Shown here: piece by piece, positions 1-9,900 of the stretch
How positions within the stretch are numbered: the stretch's first letter is position 1
Layout of the letters: the number at the start of each line of letters is the position of its first letter
Source of the DNA: Silanimonas sp.
GTDB taxonomy: Bacteria > Pseudomonadota > Gammaproteobacteria > Xanthomonadales > Xanthomonadaceae
Direction of reading: 5' to 3'
Length of the DNA stretch: 64,000 nucleotides
Assembly (NCBI GenBank): GCA_027532825.1
Contig: JAPZTL010000027.1
Location: 3,674 to 67,673 of the forward strand
Translations under genes and position numbers: made by a program
Notes under the pieces: model-generated
Told to the model about the DNA's origin: nothing
Database searches by the model: none
What the model saw: the letters and a program-made list of their open reading frames with translations, nothing else

Positions 1-385
1 CGGCGCGCAGCAGGGTGTTGTTGATGCGCTTGACCACCTGCGGCACCGAGTTGGCCGGGTACAGCGACTGGTCGGGGTACATCTCGCCGGCGAGGTTCGC
101 GTCCGCGGCGACCTGCCAGCCGGAGAGGTAGATGGCCTTCAGGCCGGCCTTGACCTGCTGCATGGCCTGGTTGCCGGTCAGCGCGCCCAGCGCGTTGATG
201 AAGTCTTCGGTCTGCAGGTAGCGCCACAGCTTCTGCGCGCCGAGCTTGGCGATGCTTTGCTCGACCGGGACGGTGCCGCGGAGGCGCACGACGTCGTGGG
301 CGGTGTAGTTGCGGGTCACACCCTTCCAGCGGGGGTTGGTGGCCCAGTCGTGCTTCAGTTGGTCGGCAGTCGGCAGCGTGCTCAT
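1..385 (-). CDS. aceA: isocitrate lyase (5' part; gene runs off the window start)
   Basis: Manual translation from ATG at 385: [27 protein letters not shown]...[32 protein letters not shown], a typical ICL N-terminus; lies directly downstream of malate synthase. Confidence 0.95.
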   Translation of the reverse strand, partial: MSTLPTADQLKHDWATNPRWKGVTRNYTAHDVVRLRGTVPVEQSIAKLGAQKLWRYLQTEDFINALGALTGNQAMQQVKAGLKAIYLSGWQVAADANLAGEMYPDQSLYPANSVPQVVKRINNTLLRA

Positions 386-429
386 GGCGGTGTCCTTTGG
401 GGGTTTCGCGTGGGGTCTGGGGTTCGGGG

Positions 430-2100
430 TCAGAGGTTCACGAGTTGCGGATAGGCCGCACTGGTGAGGAAGGCTTCAAGGGTGTCGGCGTGGGTGAGGC
501 GGTCGAGCAGGGCGATGGCGGCATCGAGGCGCTCGCCACCGGTGATCGCGCGGCGATCGCCGATCACGGAGGGCAGGTTGATCAGCGCGCGCTCGAACAG
601 CGCCCAATCCACCGGCGTGCCGTCGTCGAGGTGCAGCGGTTCGGCGGGGACGCCGTTCTTCGCCGCGACCTGCGGGTGGTGCAGCCAGCGCCACAGCTGG
701 GTGCGGCTGATCTCGGCGGTGGCGGCGTCCTCCATCAGGTGGTGGATCGGCACGCAGCCGCTGCCGGCCAGCCACGCCGCCATGTAGCGCACGCAGACGT
801 CGACGTTGTTGTCGAAGCCGGCGCGGGTGATGGTGCCGAGCGAGGGCTTCAGCAGGTCGTCGCGCGTCACCTGCACGTCTTCGCGCTTGACGTGGTGCTG
901 GTGCTTCGTGGGCATGTGCGCGTCGAAGACCTCGCGCGCGATCGGGATCAGCGCCGGGTGCGCCACCCAGGTGCCGTCATGGCCGGCGGTGACTTCGCGC
1001 AGCTTGTCGGCGCGCACGCGCTGCATGGCACGCTCGTTGGCCTCGTCGTCGCCCTTGATCGGGATCTGCGCCGCCATGCCACCCATCGCATGCGCACCGC
1101 GGCGGTGGCAGGTCTGGATCAGCAGCTCGGAGTAGGCCTTCAGGAAGGGCTGGGCCATCGTCACCTGGCCACGCTCCGGCAGCACCTTGTCGGCGTGGCG
1201 GCGCAGCGTCTTCAGCCAGCTGAAGATGTAGTCCCAGCGGCCGCAGTTCAGGCCGACGATGCGGCCGCGCAGCGCGTGCAGGATCTCGTGCATCTCGAAC
1301 ACGGCCGGCAGCGTTTCGATCAGCACCGTCGCCTTCATCGTGCCCACCGGCAGGTTGAGGCGCACCTCGAGGAAGGCCATCACCTCGTCCCACAGGCGCG
1401 CTTCCTCCATGCACTCCATCTTCGGCAGGTAGAAGTACGGGCCGCGCTCGCGCCAGGCCAGGGTCTTGGCGTTGTGGAAGGCGAAGGTGGCGAGGTCGAA
1501 CAGGCCACCGCCCATCGGCTGGCCGTCGACCGTCACGTGCACCTCGTCGAGGTGCCAGCCGCGCGGGCGGACGATCAGCACGGTCTTGCTGGCCGGGTCG
1601 AGCGCGTAGCGCTTGCCGGTCTCCGGCGCGGTGAAGGTGAGGATGCCGTCGACGGCGTCGCGCAGCGCGCGCTGGCCGGTGATCTGGTTGGCGAAGGACG
1701 GCGCGTTGCTGTCCTCGAAGTCGGCCATGAAGCAGTTCGCGCCGGAGTTCAGCGCGTTGATGACCATCTTCGGGTCGACCGGGCCGGTGATCTCGACGCG
1801 GCGGTCCTGCAGGGCCGCCGGGATCGGCGCCACGGTCCAGTCGCCTTCGCGGATCGAACGCGTGTCGGCGCGGAAGTCCGGCAGCATCCCGGCATCGAAC
1901 TCGGCCTGGCGGGCGACGCGGGCGGCCAGGCGCTGGCGGCGGGCCGGCTCGAACAGGCGGTGCAGGTCGGTGAGCAGGGCCTGCAGCTCCGGCACCAGGA
2001 TCGTGGCCTCACCCTCGACCGGGCGGCCGACGCGGCGGAAGCCGGTCGCGGCCTGCGTGGGGGAGTCGGGGGTGCGGGTGGGCTCGGTGGCGGTGCTCAT
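430..2100 (-). CDS. aceB: malate synthase A
   Basis: Motifs [45 protein letters not shown]; 556 aa. Confidence 0.97.
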   Translation of the reverse strand: MSTATEPTRTPDSPTQAATGFRRVGRPVEGEATILVPELQALLTDLHRLFEPARRQRLAARVARQAEFDAGMLPDFRADTRSIREGDWTVAPIPAALQDRRVEITGPVDPKMVINALNSGANCFMADFEDSNAPSFANQITGQRALRDAVDGILTFTAPETGKRYALDPASKTVLIVRPRGWHLDEVHVTVDGQPMGGGLFDLATFAFHNAKTLAWRERGPYFYLPKMECMEEARLWDEVMAFLEVRLNLPVGTMKATVLIETLPAVFEMHEILHALRGRIVGLNCGRWDYIFSWLKTLRRHADKVLPERGQVTMAQPFLKAYSELLIQTCHRRGAHAMGGMAAQIPIKGDDEANERAMQRVRADKLREVTAGHDGTWVAHPALIPIAREVFDAHMPTKHQHHVKREDVQVTRDDLLKPSLGTITRAGFDNNVDVCVRYMAAWLAGSGCVPIHHLMEDAATAEISRTQLWRWLHHPQVAAKNGVPAEPLHLDDGTPVDWALFERALINLPSVIGDRRAITGGERLDAAIALLDRLTHADTLEAFLTSAAYPQLVNL

Positions 2101-2169
2101 GGGGCGAGGCGGGTCCGTAGGGCGGTGTCGGGGGCCGGACGCAACCGGCGTCGGGCATGGACCCCAAGC

Positions 2170-2245
2170 TCACCCTCCAAGCGAGTGTTGACAAAGCAAA
2201 TCTGTGGATACGATGTATGAGTTCCTCAAATATTTATTGGAAACC
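2170..2245. promoter_or_regulatory. AT-rich divergent control region for aceBA and lysR
   Basis: Unusually AT-rich stretch containing TTGACA at 2188-2193 and TACGAT at 2209-2214 (15-nt spacer, suboptimal); sits between divergent aceB and LysR starts. Confidence 0.4.
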
Positions 2246-3256
2246 ATGGCTAACGTGACGCGAAAGCGCCCTCAAAAGGCGGCTACGGAGCGGAAGCCCG
2301 AGGTCGATTCGGGGCGCTTCTACTACAAGGGCAGCCGCCTCAAGCCCTTGCAGGCCTTCTGCCAGGTGGCCCGACTGGGCTCGGTGAGCCGCGCCGCGGA
2401 GGCCCTGTTCCTCAGCCAGCCGGCGGTGTCCCTGCAGCTCAAGGCGCTGGAAAGCCACTACGGGGTGCCCCTGCTCGAACGTGTCGGCCGGCGCCTCTCG
2501 CTGACCCGCGACGGGCAAGCCCTCTACGACCTTGCGCGGCCGCTGATCGACGGCTTCGAGAGCCTCGACGAGGCCTTCCGCGGCAGCCAGGGTGGGCTCG
2601 ACGGCGGCGAACTGCACATCGCCGCGGGCAGCTCCACCCTGCTGCACCTGCTGCCGGAGCCTTTGGCCGCCTTCCGCGCGCTGCGCCCCGACGTGCGCCT
2701 GCACCTGCACAGCGTCACCGGCCAGGCCGGCCTCGCGAAACTGCGCGCCGATGAAGTGGACTTCGCCGTCGGCGCGATGTGGGAAGTGCCCAACGACATC
2801 GACTACGCGCCATTGCAGCGCTTCGACGCGATGCTGATCACCGCGCCGCAGCATCCGCTGGCGAAGAAGTCGGCGATCAAGCTCGAAGACCTGTCGCCGC
2901 ACGGCCTGATCCTGCCGCCGAAGCAGCTCTCCACGTGGCGCATGGTGACCACCGCCTTCGAACAGCGCCGCGTGCCCTACAGCGTCGCGATCGAGGTCGG
3001 CGGTTGGGAGGTGATCAAGCAGTACGTCGCGCAGGACCTCGGCATCTCGGTCGTTTCCGCGCTGTGCCTCACCGACGCCGACAAAGCGCGCCTCGTCGCG
3101 CGCCCGCTGCGCGAATACTTCCCCTCGCGCACCTATGGCGTGCTGGTGCGCAAAGGGCGATCACTGGCCGGCCCGGCCCGCGCCTTCGTCGACCTGATCA
3201 AGCCGGGGCTGTTCAAGCGCAAGGACTGGTTCGAGGCGGGGCATTCGGAGCGCTGA
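2246..3256 (+). CDS. LysR-family transcriptional regulator (CysB/Cbl-like effector domain)
   Basis: HTH LQAFCQVARLGSVSRAAEALFLSQPAVSLQLKALE plus LysR substrate-binding domain; ORF is open from 2204, ATG 2246 chosen as the likely start. Confidence 0.9.
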   Translation: MANVTRKRPQKAATERKPEVDSGRFYYKGSRLKPLQAFCQVARLGSVSRAAEALFLSQPAVSLQLKALESHYGVPLLERVGRRLSLTRDGQALYDLARPLIDGFESLDEAFRGSQGGLDGGELHIAAGSSTLLHLLPEPLAAFRALRPDVRLHLHSVTGQAGLAKLRADEVDFAVGAMWEVPNDIDYAPLQRFDAMLITAPQHPLAKKSAIKLEDLSPHGLILPPKQLSTWRMVTTAFEQRRVPYSVAIEVGGWEVIKQYVAQDLGISVVSALCLTDADKARLVARPLREYFPSRTYGVLVRKGRSLAGPARAFVDLIKPGLFKRKDWFEAGHSER

Positions 3257-3264
3257 AGCCGTCG

Positions 3265-3293
3265 TGTAAGGATCCGCGATGCCGGCGCGTATC
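3265..3293 (+). promoter_or_regulatory. candidate ECF-type promoter (TGTAAG-N17-CGTATC)
   Basis: -35-like TGTAAG at 3265-3270 and -10-like CGTA at 3288-3291, just upstream of an ECF sigma gene; ECF genes are often autoregulated. Inference only. Confidence 0.3.
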
Positions 3294-3301
3294 ACCCCGG
3301 C

Positions 3302-3877
3302 ATGGACGCCCTCACCGCCCCGATGACCGACACCATCGACCTCCGCCGCGAACGCTTCGCGATGCTGCTCGCCCAGCATCGTGGACTGCTGCGCAAGATC
3401 GCCTGGGGCTTCAGCGACTGCCCGGCCGACCGCGCCGACCTCGAGCAGGACATGGCCGCACAGCTGTGGGCCGTGTTCCCGGCGTGGGACGGCGAACGCC
3501 CCTTTGCCACCTGGGCTTACCGCGTGGCGCTCAACGTCTGCCTGAGCGGGCGGCGCGCGACGCAGGTGCGCGGCGGCCGCGCGATGCGCGCCCCGGGGCG
3601 CGGTACACCGGGCGCGACGGACTCGCTCGACGACGACGCACACGACCCGCTCGACCACCTCGTCGACCCCGGCGCCACGCCGGAACAGATCGCGCAGCAG
3701 CGCGACCTGCACCGCATCATCGCCGCGCTCGAACCGCTGAACCGCGCGCTGCTACTGCTCTGGCTCGACGACCTGCCCTACCGCGAGATCGGCGACGTGC
3801 TCGGCCTCTCCGAGAGCAACGTCGGCGTCCGCCTCAACCGACTGAAAGCGCGACTGCGCACTGAACTGGCCCCCTGA
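3302..3877 (+). CDS. ECF (sigma-70 group 4) RNA polymerase sigma factor
   Basis: Region 2 DRADLEQDMAAQLW...FATWAYRVALN and region 4 LLLLWLDDLPYREIGDVLGLSESNVGVRLNRLK; alternative start at ATG 3323. Confidence 0.92.
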   Translation: MDALTAPMTDTIDLRRERFAMLLAQHRGLLRKIAWGFSDCPADRADLEQDMAAQLWAVFPAWDGERPFATWAYRVALNVCLSGRRATQVRGGRAMRAPGRGTPGATDSLDDDAHDPLDHLVDPGATPEQIAQQRDLHRIIAALEPLNRALLLLWLDDLPYREIGDVLGLSESNVGVRLNRLKARLRTELAP

Positions 3878-3891
3878 TCATGGAGACCGCC

Positions 3892-4584
3892 ATGGACCTC
3901 GACACCCTCAAGACCACGTGGAAGGCGCTCGACGAGCGGCTGGCCCGCATCGAAACGCTGCAGGCGCAAGCGAACGACCTCGAGCGCGCCCGCGATGCGG
4001 AAGCCCGCGCCAAAGCCGGACAACTCGCCAGCCGCCGGGCGCTGCGCCCGCTGGCCATCGGCCTCGGCCTGCAGGCGATCGCCGGCGTCGTGCTCGCCAC
4101 GATCGCCGTCGCCTTCTGGGCGAAGCGCATGGACGCCGGCGCGCAGTTCATCGTCTACGGCGTGTTGGTGCAGGCCTATGCCGTCGCGCTGATCGCCTCC
4201 GCCGGCCACGAGCTCTCGCTGATCCGCCGCGTGCGGATGACCGGTGCGGTGCTCGACATGCAGGGCGCCCTCGCCGCGCTAAGGCGCTGGCGCGAAACGG
4301 CCGGCTGGGTGCTGGGCCTCGCCGGCGGCGTGATCTGGGTGCCGCTGCTGCTGATGGGCTTCGCCGCCGGCGGTGTCGACCTCTGGACCCAACGACCGGG
4401 ACTCGTCGGCGCATGGATCGCTTCCGGCATCGTCTTCACCGCGCTGATCGGTGCCGGCCTGCGCTGGGTGTATCGCCAACCGCGGCTCGCGGCGGCGATG
4501 CGGGCCGACCCCGCCGGCCAGAGCGTGCGTCGCGCCGAGCTGGCCCTGGCGGATGTGCGGGCCTTCGAGGCCGAAGGGCGCTGA
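3892..4584 (+). CDS. multi-pass membrane protein, probable anti-sigma or partner of the ECF sigma
   Basis: Begins 14 nt after the ECF stop with GGAG upstream; N-terminal MDLDTLKTTWKALDERL helix, then about four hydrophobic segments. Confidence 0.65.
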   Translation: MDLDTLKTTWKALDERLARIETLQAQANDLERARDAEARAKAGQLASRRALRPLAIGLGLQAIAGVVLATIAVAFWAKRMDAGAQFIVYGVLVQAYAVALIASAGHELSLIRRVRMTGAVLDMQGALAALRRWRETAGWVLGLAGGVIWVPLLLMGFAAGGVDLWTQRPGLVGAWIASGIVFTALIGAGLRWVYRQPRLAAAMRADPAGQSVRRAELALADVRAFEAEGR

Positions 4585-4589
4585 GCGCC

Positions 4590-6947
4590 CTACTCCGCCT
4601 CCACCACCACCTCGCGCTCGTCGGCGCGGCCGTGCTCGTCGACGGCGCGGAGCGCGAACCGTCCCGCCCGCGGCGGCACCCAGGCGATCGCCCGGCCGGC
4701 CTGCGAGGTGCCGATGAACGCGCCGTCGGCAAACCAGTAGACGCTGCGGGCGTCGGCGTCGGTGGTGGCGGCCAGCGCGATGCCGGGCCGTTCGCGCCCG
4801 TCGAAGCGCCAGCGGTAGCGCGTGGCCCGGTAGGGCTGGGTGATCTGCGGCGGGCTGCCCATCCACGCCGCGGCGCCGCGGCAGTCGGCACCGGGCGGCG
4901 GACGGCGGCGCGGCAGGCCGGCCTGCGCGAACACCCGCGCGAGGTCACTGGGCCAGAACTCATGGACCTCGCGGCGCATCGTCGCCGGATCGAAGGGCCC
5001 GCAGGCGACGCGCCCCGTGGCCGCGTCGATCTGCACGGGGCGATGGATCGCGCTGACCCGGATCGGCGAGACGCCGGGGATGAACCAGGTCTCGCCGCGC
5101 TGCGGGCACCAGGCGTTGGGCAGGTCGCCGCTCGCAAGGCAGACCGCGACGCGCCGGAGACGCGTGGCCATGCTGCGCTGCGGCGCGACCTCGAACCCGC
5201 GCGCGCGCATCGCGTCGGCGATGGCGAAGAACAGCGGCGCGGCGGCCTCGACGCCGACCAGCGCCGGGTTCGACCGGCCGTCGAAATGCCCGACCCAGAC
5301 GACGATCACGTAGGGGCCGACGACGCCCGCCGTCCACGCATCGCGGAAGCCCCAGCTGGTGCCGGTCTTCCACGCGACCGGCCAGCGCCCGAGGTCGCTG
5401 GCGGTGGCGCCGCCGGGCCGCGGGTGCTGCCGCAGCATGTCGAGCGTCATGAACGCCGCGTCGGGACTGAGCAGCGGCGGCCCGTCGACGCGCGGGTCCG
5501 CGGCGCGGAAGCGTAGCGGCCGGAACCGGCCATCGCCGGCGAGCACGGCGTAGAGCCGTGCCAGCTCCTCCGCACTGAGTTCGCCGCCGCCGAGCACCAG
5601 CGCCAGCCCGTAGTGCGCCTCGCTGCGCAGGTTGCGCACGCCGCTGCGCTCGAGCAGGTCGTACAGGTCGGGCGTGCCGAGCCGAGACGCAACGGTGACC
5701 GCGGGGATGTTGCGGCTGCGGTTCAAGGCATCGGTCGCCGTGACCGGACCGGTGAACCGGCCGTCGAAGTTCTCCGGCGTGTAGGCCCCGTAGGCCGTGG
5801 GCACGTCGCGCAACACGGTGGCCGGGTGCAGCTGCCCCTGGTCGATGGCAAGGGCGTACAGGAAGGGCTTCAACGTTGAACCGGGCGAACGCTGGGCCGC
5901 CGTGCCGTTGACCTGGCCGTCGATGGCGGCGTTGCGCCAGTCGGCCGAGCCGACGAGCGCGGCCACGCCCATGTCCCGGCTGTCGACGACCAGCACCGCG
6001 GCATTGTCGATGCCGCGCACCGCCTCGCGGCGGACGTGCGCGGCCACCTGCGCCTCGACCAGCCGCTGCAGCCGGGCATCCAGCGGGGTGGCCAGCTCCG
6101 GCGGACGCTGCCCCTGCAGGGCCTGCGCGGCCAGCACGCGATCGACGAAGTGCGGGGCGGCGAAGGGCAGGCGCGAGGGCGGACGCAGCCGCAGCGGCAG
6201 GGCCATCCGCGCGGCGAGGTCGTCATCCTCGCCGTGCTCCGCCACCCATCGCCGGTAGAGACGCTGCCGGGCCGCCGCGAGCCCCGGCCCGAGCGTCGTG
6301 ACGCCCCGGGCGTCGACGACGAAGCGCCCGCGCGCGGTCGGCGCCTGCGGCATCACCGCGAGGGCGAGCGCCTCGGGCAGGGTGAGCGCGGCGGCGGGCC
6401 GGTCGAAGTAGATGCGCGAGGCGGCGCCGACGCCCTCGATGTTGCCGCCATAGGGCGCGAGGTTGAGGTAGGCCTCGAGGATCTCGTCCTTCGAGTAGCT
6501 GGCCTCGAGCTGCAGCGCGCGGGCGATCTGCACGATCTTGCCGGGCACGTGGCGCGTCTCCAGCCGCCAGCGCAGGCGCGCGAGCTGCATGGTGATCGTC
6601 GAGCCGCCGATGCGCGGCCCGCCGCCGTACGTGCTGGTGGCGGCACGCACCAAGGCCACCGGGTTGACGCCCGGGTGACGGCGGAAATGCCGGTCCTCGT
6701 GGAGCAGAACGGCCTCGACGAGCGCGGGCGAGATCGCCTCGAGCGGCAGCCACTGCCGGTAGCGTTCGTCGGCCGCCAGCGTGAGGCGCAGCAGCCGGCC
6801 GTCGCGGTCGAGGACGGCCGTGCTGGTCGGCACGCCCGCCGACAGCGGCGGCCGGGGCCACTCCCGCCACGCCAGCAGCGCGAGGCCGAGGCCCAGCAGC
6901 GCGACGGCAACCCGCGCCGCCGCCCGTCGGGCCCGCCCCGACCTCAT
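4590..6947 (-). CDS. pbpC: penicillin-binding protein 1C
   Basis: Transglycosylase motifs EDRHF and GGSTITMQLAR; transpeptidase SxxK (STLK), SxN (SRN) and KTG; C-terminal Ig-like domain; overlaps the alpha-2-macroglobulin stop by 4 nt. Confidence 0.95.
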   Translation of the reverse strand: MRSGRARRAAARVAVALLGLGLALLAWREWPRPPLSAGVPTSTAVLDRDGRLLRLTLAADERYRQWLPLEAISPALVEAVLLHEDRHFRRHPGVNPVALVRAATSTYGGGPRIGGSTITMQLARLRWRLETRHVPGKIVQIARALQLEASYSKDEILEAYLNLAPYGGNIEGVGAASRIYFDRPAAALTLPEALALAVMPQAPTARGRFVVDARGVTTLGPGLAAARQRLYRRWVAEHGEDDDLAARMALPLRLRPPSRLPFAAPHFVDRVLAAQALQGQRPPELATPLDARLQRLVEAQVAAHVRREAVRGIDNAAVLVVDSRDMGVAALVGSADWRNAAIDGQVNGTAAQRSPGSTLKPFLYALAIDQGQLHPATVLRDVPTAYGAYTPENFDGRFTGPVTATDALNRSRNIPAVTVASRLGTPDLYDLLERSGVRNLRSEAHYGLALVLGGGELSAEELARLYAVLAGDGRFRPLRFRAADPRVDGPPLLSPDAAFMTLDMLRQHPRPGGATASDLGRWPVAWKTGTSWGFRDAWTAGVVGPYVIVVWVGHFDGRSNPALVGVEAAAPLFFAIADAMRARGFEVAPQRSMATRLRRVAVCLASGDLPNAWCPQRGETWFIPGVSPIRVSAIHRPVQIDAATGRVACGPFDPATMRREVHEFWPSDLARVFAQAGLPRRRPPPGADCRGAAAWMGSPPQITQPYRATRYRWRFDGRERPGIALAATTDADARSVYWFADGAFIGTSQAGRAIAWVPPRAGRFALRAVDEHGRADEREVVVEAE

Positions 6948-9900
6948 CGGGCCGGGGCCGTCACCGTCAGCGTGCCGGCCGCGTCACCCCGGGTGAGGAC
7001 GCGGGCGCGGTACAGGTGCTCCGCGAAGGCCGGCGGCACCCGGAAGCTGCCGGTGGCCGTGGCGCGGATCCGGTAGCGGAACTCGCGCACGTCAGGCGTC
7101 ATCGCGCCGTACAGCACGACGCGGTCTTCGCGGACCTCGGCGTGATCGGGCACGAAGGTCGAGCCCGCGACGGCCAGAACCGGCGCGGCCGGCTCGGATG
7201 CCTCCTCCGACGGCGCATCGGGCTCCCCATCGCCGTCGCGGTCCTGCGGCGCCGCGGCCTCGGCGGCGGCTGGCGGCGAGAGGACGACCTCGAAGCCACC
7301 CGGGAGCAGGTCGAGCACGGCGACGTGGTCCCAGCCCGCGCCGCGGACGCGGAGGCGGACCGTGAGCTCATCGCCCTGCGCCACCGTGGTCGTCGGGCGA
7401 CCTTCGGCGTCGAGGTAGTCGCGCTGGACCTCGAGGCCTCGGTCCTGCACGGCCGGTGGCGGCGTGCGGTCGAACCCGCGCTCGGTCTGCGCGACCCAGA
7501 GGCGCTGGCCGGCGTCCGGCGTGACCATCAGCCGGGTGGCGTCGCCCCGGTACTCGCCGGCCAGCACGCCGTCGGCCACGGTGCCGAACGGCGCCTTGCC
7601 GCCCGGCCACTCCTGCTCGAAGCGGACCGGGGCCGCGGGGGTGCCGCCAACGGCATCCAGCGCGAGGACCGCGAGCGCGGCGTTGAGGCTGTTAAGCCCG
7701 CTCTCCTGCAGCGGCGTCAACAGGCCGTCCACCGCCGCGGCCGGCAGCTCGCGCGCCTGCGACGGGAAATGCTTGCCGAGCAGGTAGAGGCGCCAGGCCT
7801 GCGCACCGGCCCGATCGTAGAAATCCTCCTCCGGGCCCTTCGCCGCGGGGGCGGCGGCCGTCAGCTCGCGGGCACGGCGGGCCAGCGGCGTGGCCGCGGC
7901 CGGCTGCTGCAGGCCCTGGTAGCTCGCGGCGACCAGCAGGCCCGCAAGGTCGTCGCGCCACGCCTTGGGCTGGTCGCGCTCGAGCTGCTCGACCAGCGCC
8001 GACAGCGCGTTGCCCGCCGCCTCGCCCTGCCGCACCTGCAGGTACACCGCGAGGGCGCGGGCGCGCAGGCCCGGCAGGTCGTTGCGGCGGCGGTCCACCG
8101 CCGCTTCGGCCAGCCACGCGTTGGCGCGATCGAGCAGGTCGCCCGGCACGCGCTCGCCGCGCTCGCGCGCTTCGACCAGCACGAGCACGGCGTACGCGCT
8201 GACGAACGGATCGACGTGGGCGCTCGCCGTCCATGTACCGAACCCGCCATCGCCGTTCTGCCGCGAGCGCAGCGCGCCAAAGAGTCCCGAGAGGTCGCCG
8301 TCGCCCGCCGCGCGCCCGAAGGCGGGATGCGAGCGCAGCACCAAGGCCGGCAGGGCCTTGCTCGCCAGCTGCTCGGTGCAGGTGTAGCGATAGTCCCCCA
8401 GCCAAGCCTGCAGGCCGACCAGCGCGACCAGCGGCGTCGACGACGCGGCGAGACGGCGTTGCGCGCGTTCGGCATGCAGGGCGCGCAGCGAAGTGATCGC
8501 CGTCGCGCGCTGCACGGCCCGCACCGACACGGTCGTCGTCGAGGGCACGACCGGGCGGACGGAGGTCTCGACCCGGCGCTGCGCCGCATGCGGACCGCTG
8601 CTCGCACGCAGCAAGAGGGCCTGCGGCCCCAGCGCCTGCCCGGCCTTGAGCCGCACGGTGACCACGCCTTCGGCGCCCGGCGCGAGGGTCAGGGGCTTTG
8701 GCGCCGGGCCTTCGAGGGCGAGCCCTGGGCCTTGCTGCACGGTGAGCTGGACGGTCGCCGGGGCCTTCGCCCCCTCGATCGTGTTGGCGACGCCCACCGG
8801 CACGTCGAACGTGTCGCCGGGCGCGACGTGCGTCGGCAGCGTCGGCGTCAGGACGAAGTCGCCCCGCACGGTGACGGTGCCTTCTCGGAGGGCCATGCGC
8901 GCCGGCGTCACCGCCACCGCGACGAGGCGCAGTTCGCCGTTGAAGTGGTCGGGCGGCGTGAAGGTGAAGCGCCGCGGCCCGTCCACGTCGACGACACCGG
9001 ACCACCACACGGCCGGCGCCTCGCCCTTGCGCTTGAACGGATTGAGGTGGCGCGCGCCCTCGCCTTCGCCGTCACCGCCGGGCGCGGCACCGCCGGCGAG
9101 ACGGCTGAACTCCGGCAGCAGCAGGTCGAGGATCTGGGCGCTCTCGACCTGGTGCATGCGCTTGGCGAAGAAGCGATCGAGCGGATCGGGCACGCGATAG
9201 CCCGCCACCTGCAGGATGCCCTCGTCGACCGCGAACACGGCGACGCGCGCGGGGCCGCCGGCGTCGAGGTCGATCGACAGCGGCTGGCCCGGCCGCGCCT
9301 TCGCCGGCGCGGTCATCGCCAGCGGCAGCTGGCGCGCCCCGCGGTCGATCGCGAACGGCACCACGCCCCAGGACAGCGGGCTGGTGTGCACCTCGTCGCT
9401 CGCCGGGTCGCGGAGCAGCGACACGCTGACGTAGGCGTTCCCCTCGAGGCCCTCGGGCAGCACGATGCGCTGCACGCTGCTGGTCGTGTCCGCCTTGAAC
9501 CACTGCTGCGCGTAGACCTGGTCGCGCTCGATGGTGATCAGGCCGGCGCCGGCGTAGGGCGCGCGGATCGAGACCTCGATGGCCTCGCCGGGCGCGTACG
9601 TCGGCTTCGAGAGGGTGACCTGCAGCTCGGCGTTGCGTTCGAGCGAGCGCGTCAGGTTGGCGTCGCCGACCACCGTCCAGTCGAGGCGGTTGAGGACTCG
9701 GCCTTCGCGGTCCTGAACCTCCAAGGTCCAGTCGCCCGGCGTCGCCGTCTCGAGCGCCACGGCCTGCGGTGCGGCCTTGGCGGGCAGCGCGCGCCGGTCC
9801 TTCTCATCGCGGCGCTCGCGCGAGACGAAGCGGTAGAGCCCGTCGTCGCCGCGCGTCAGCACCGACACCATGCGCCGCTCGATCCGCACCAGCTGCAGCC

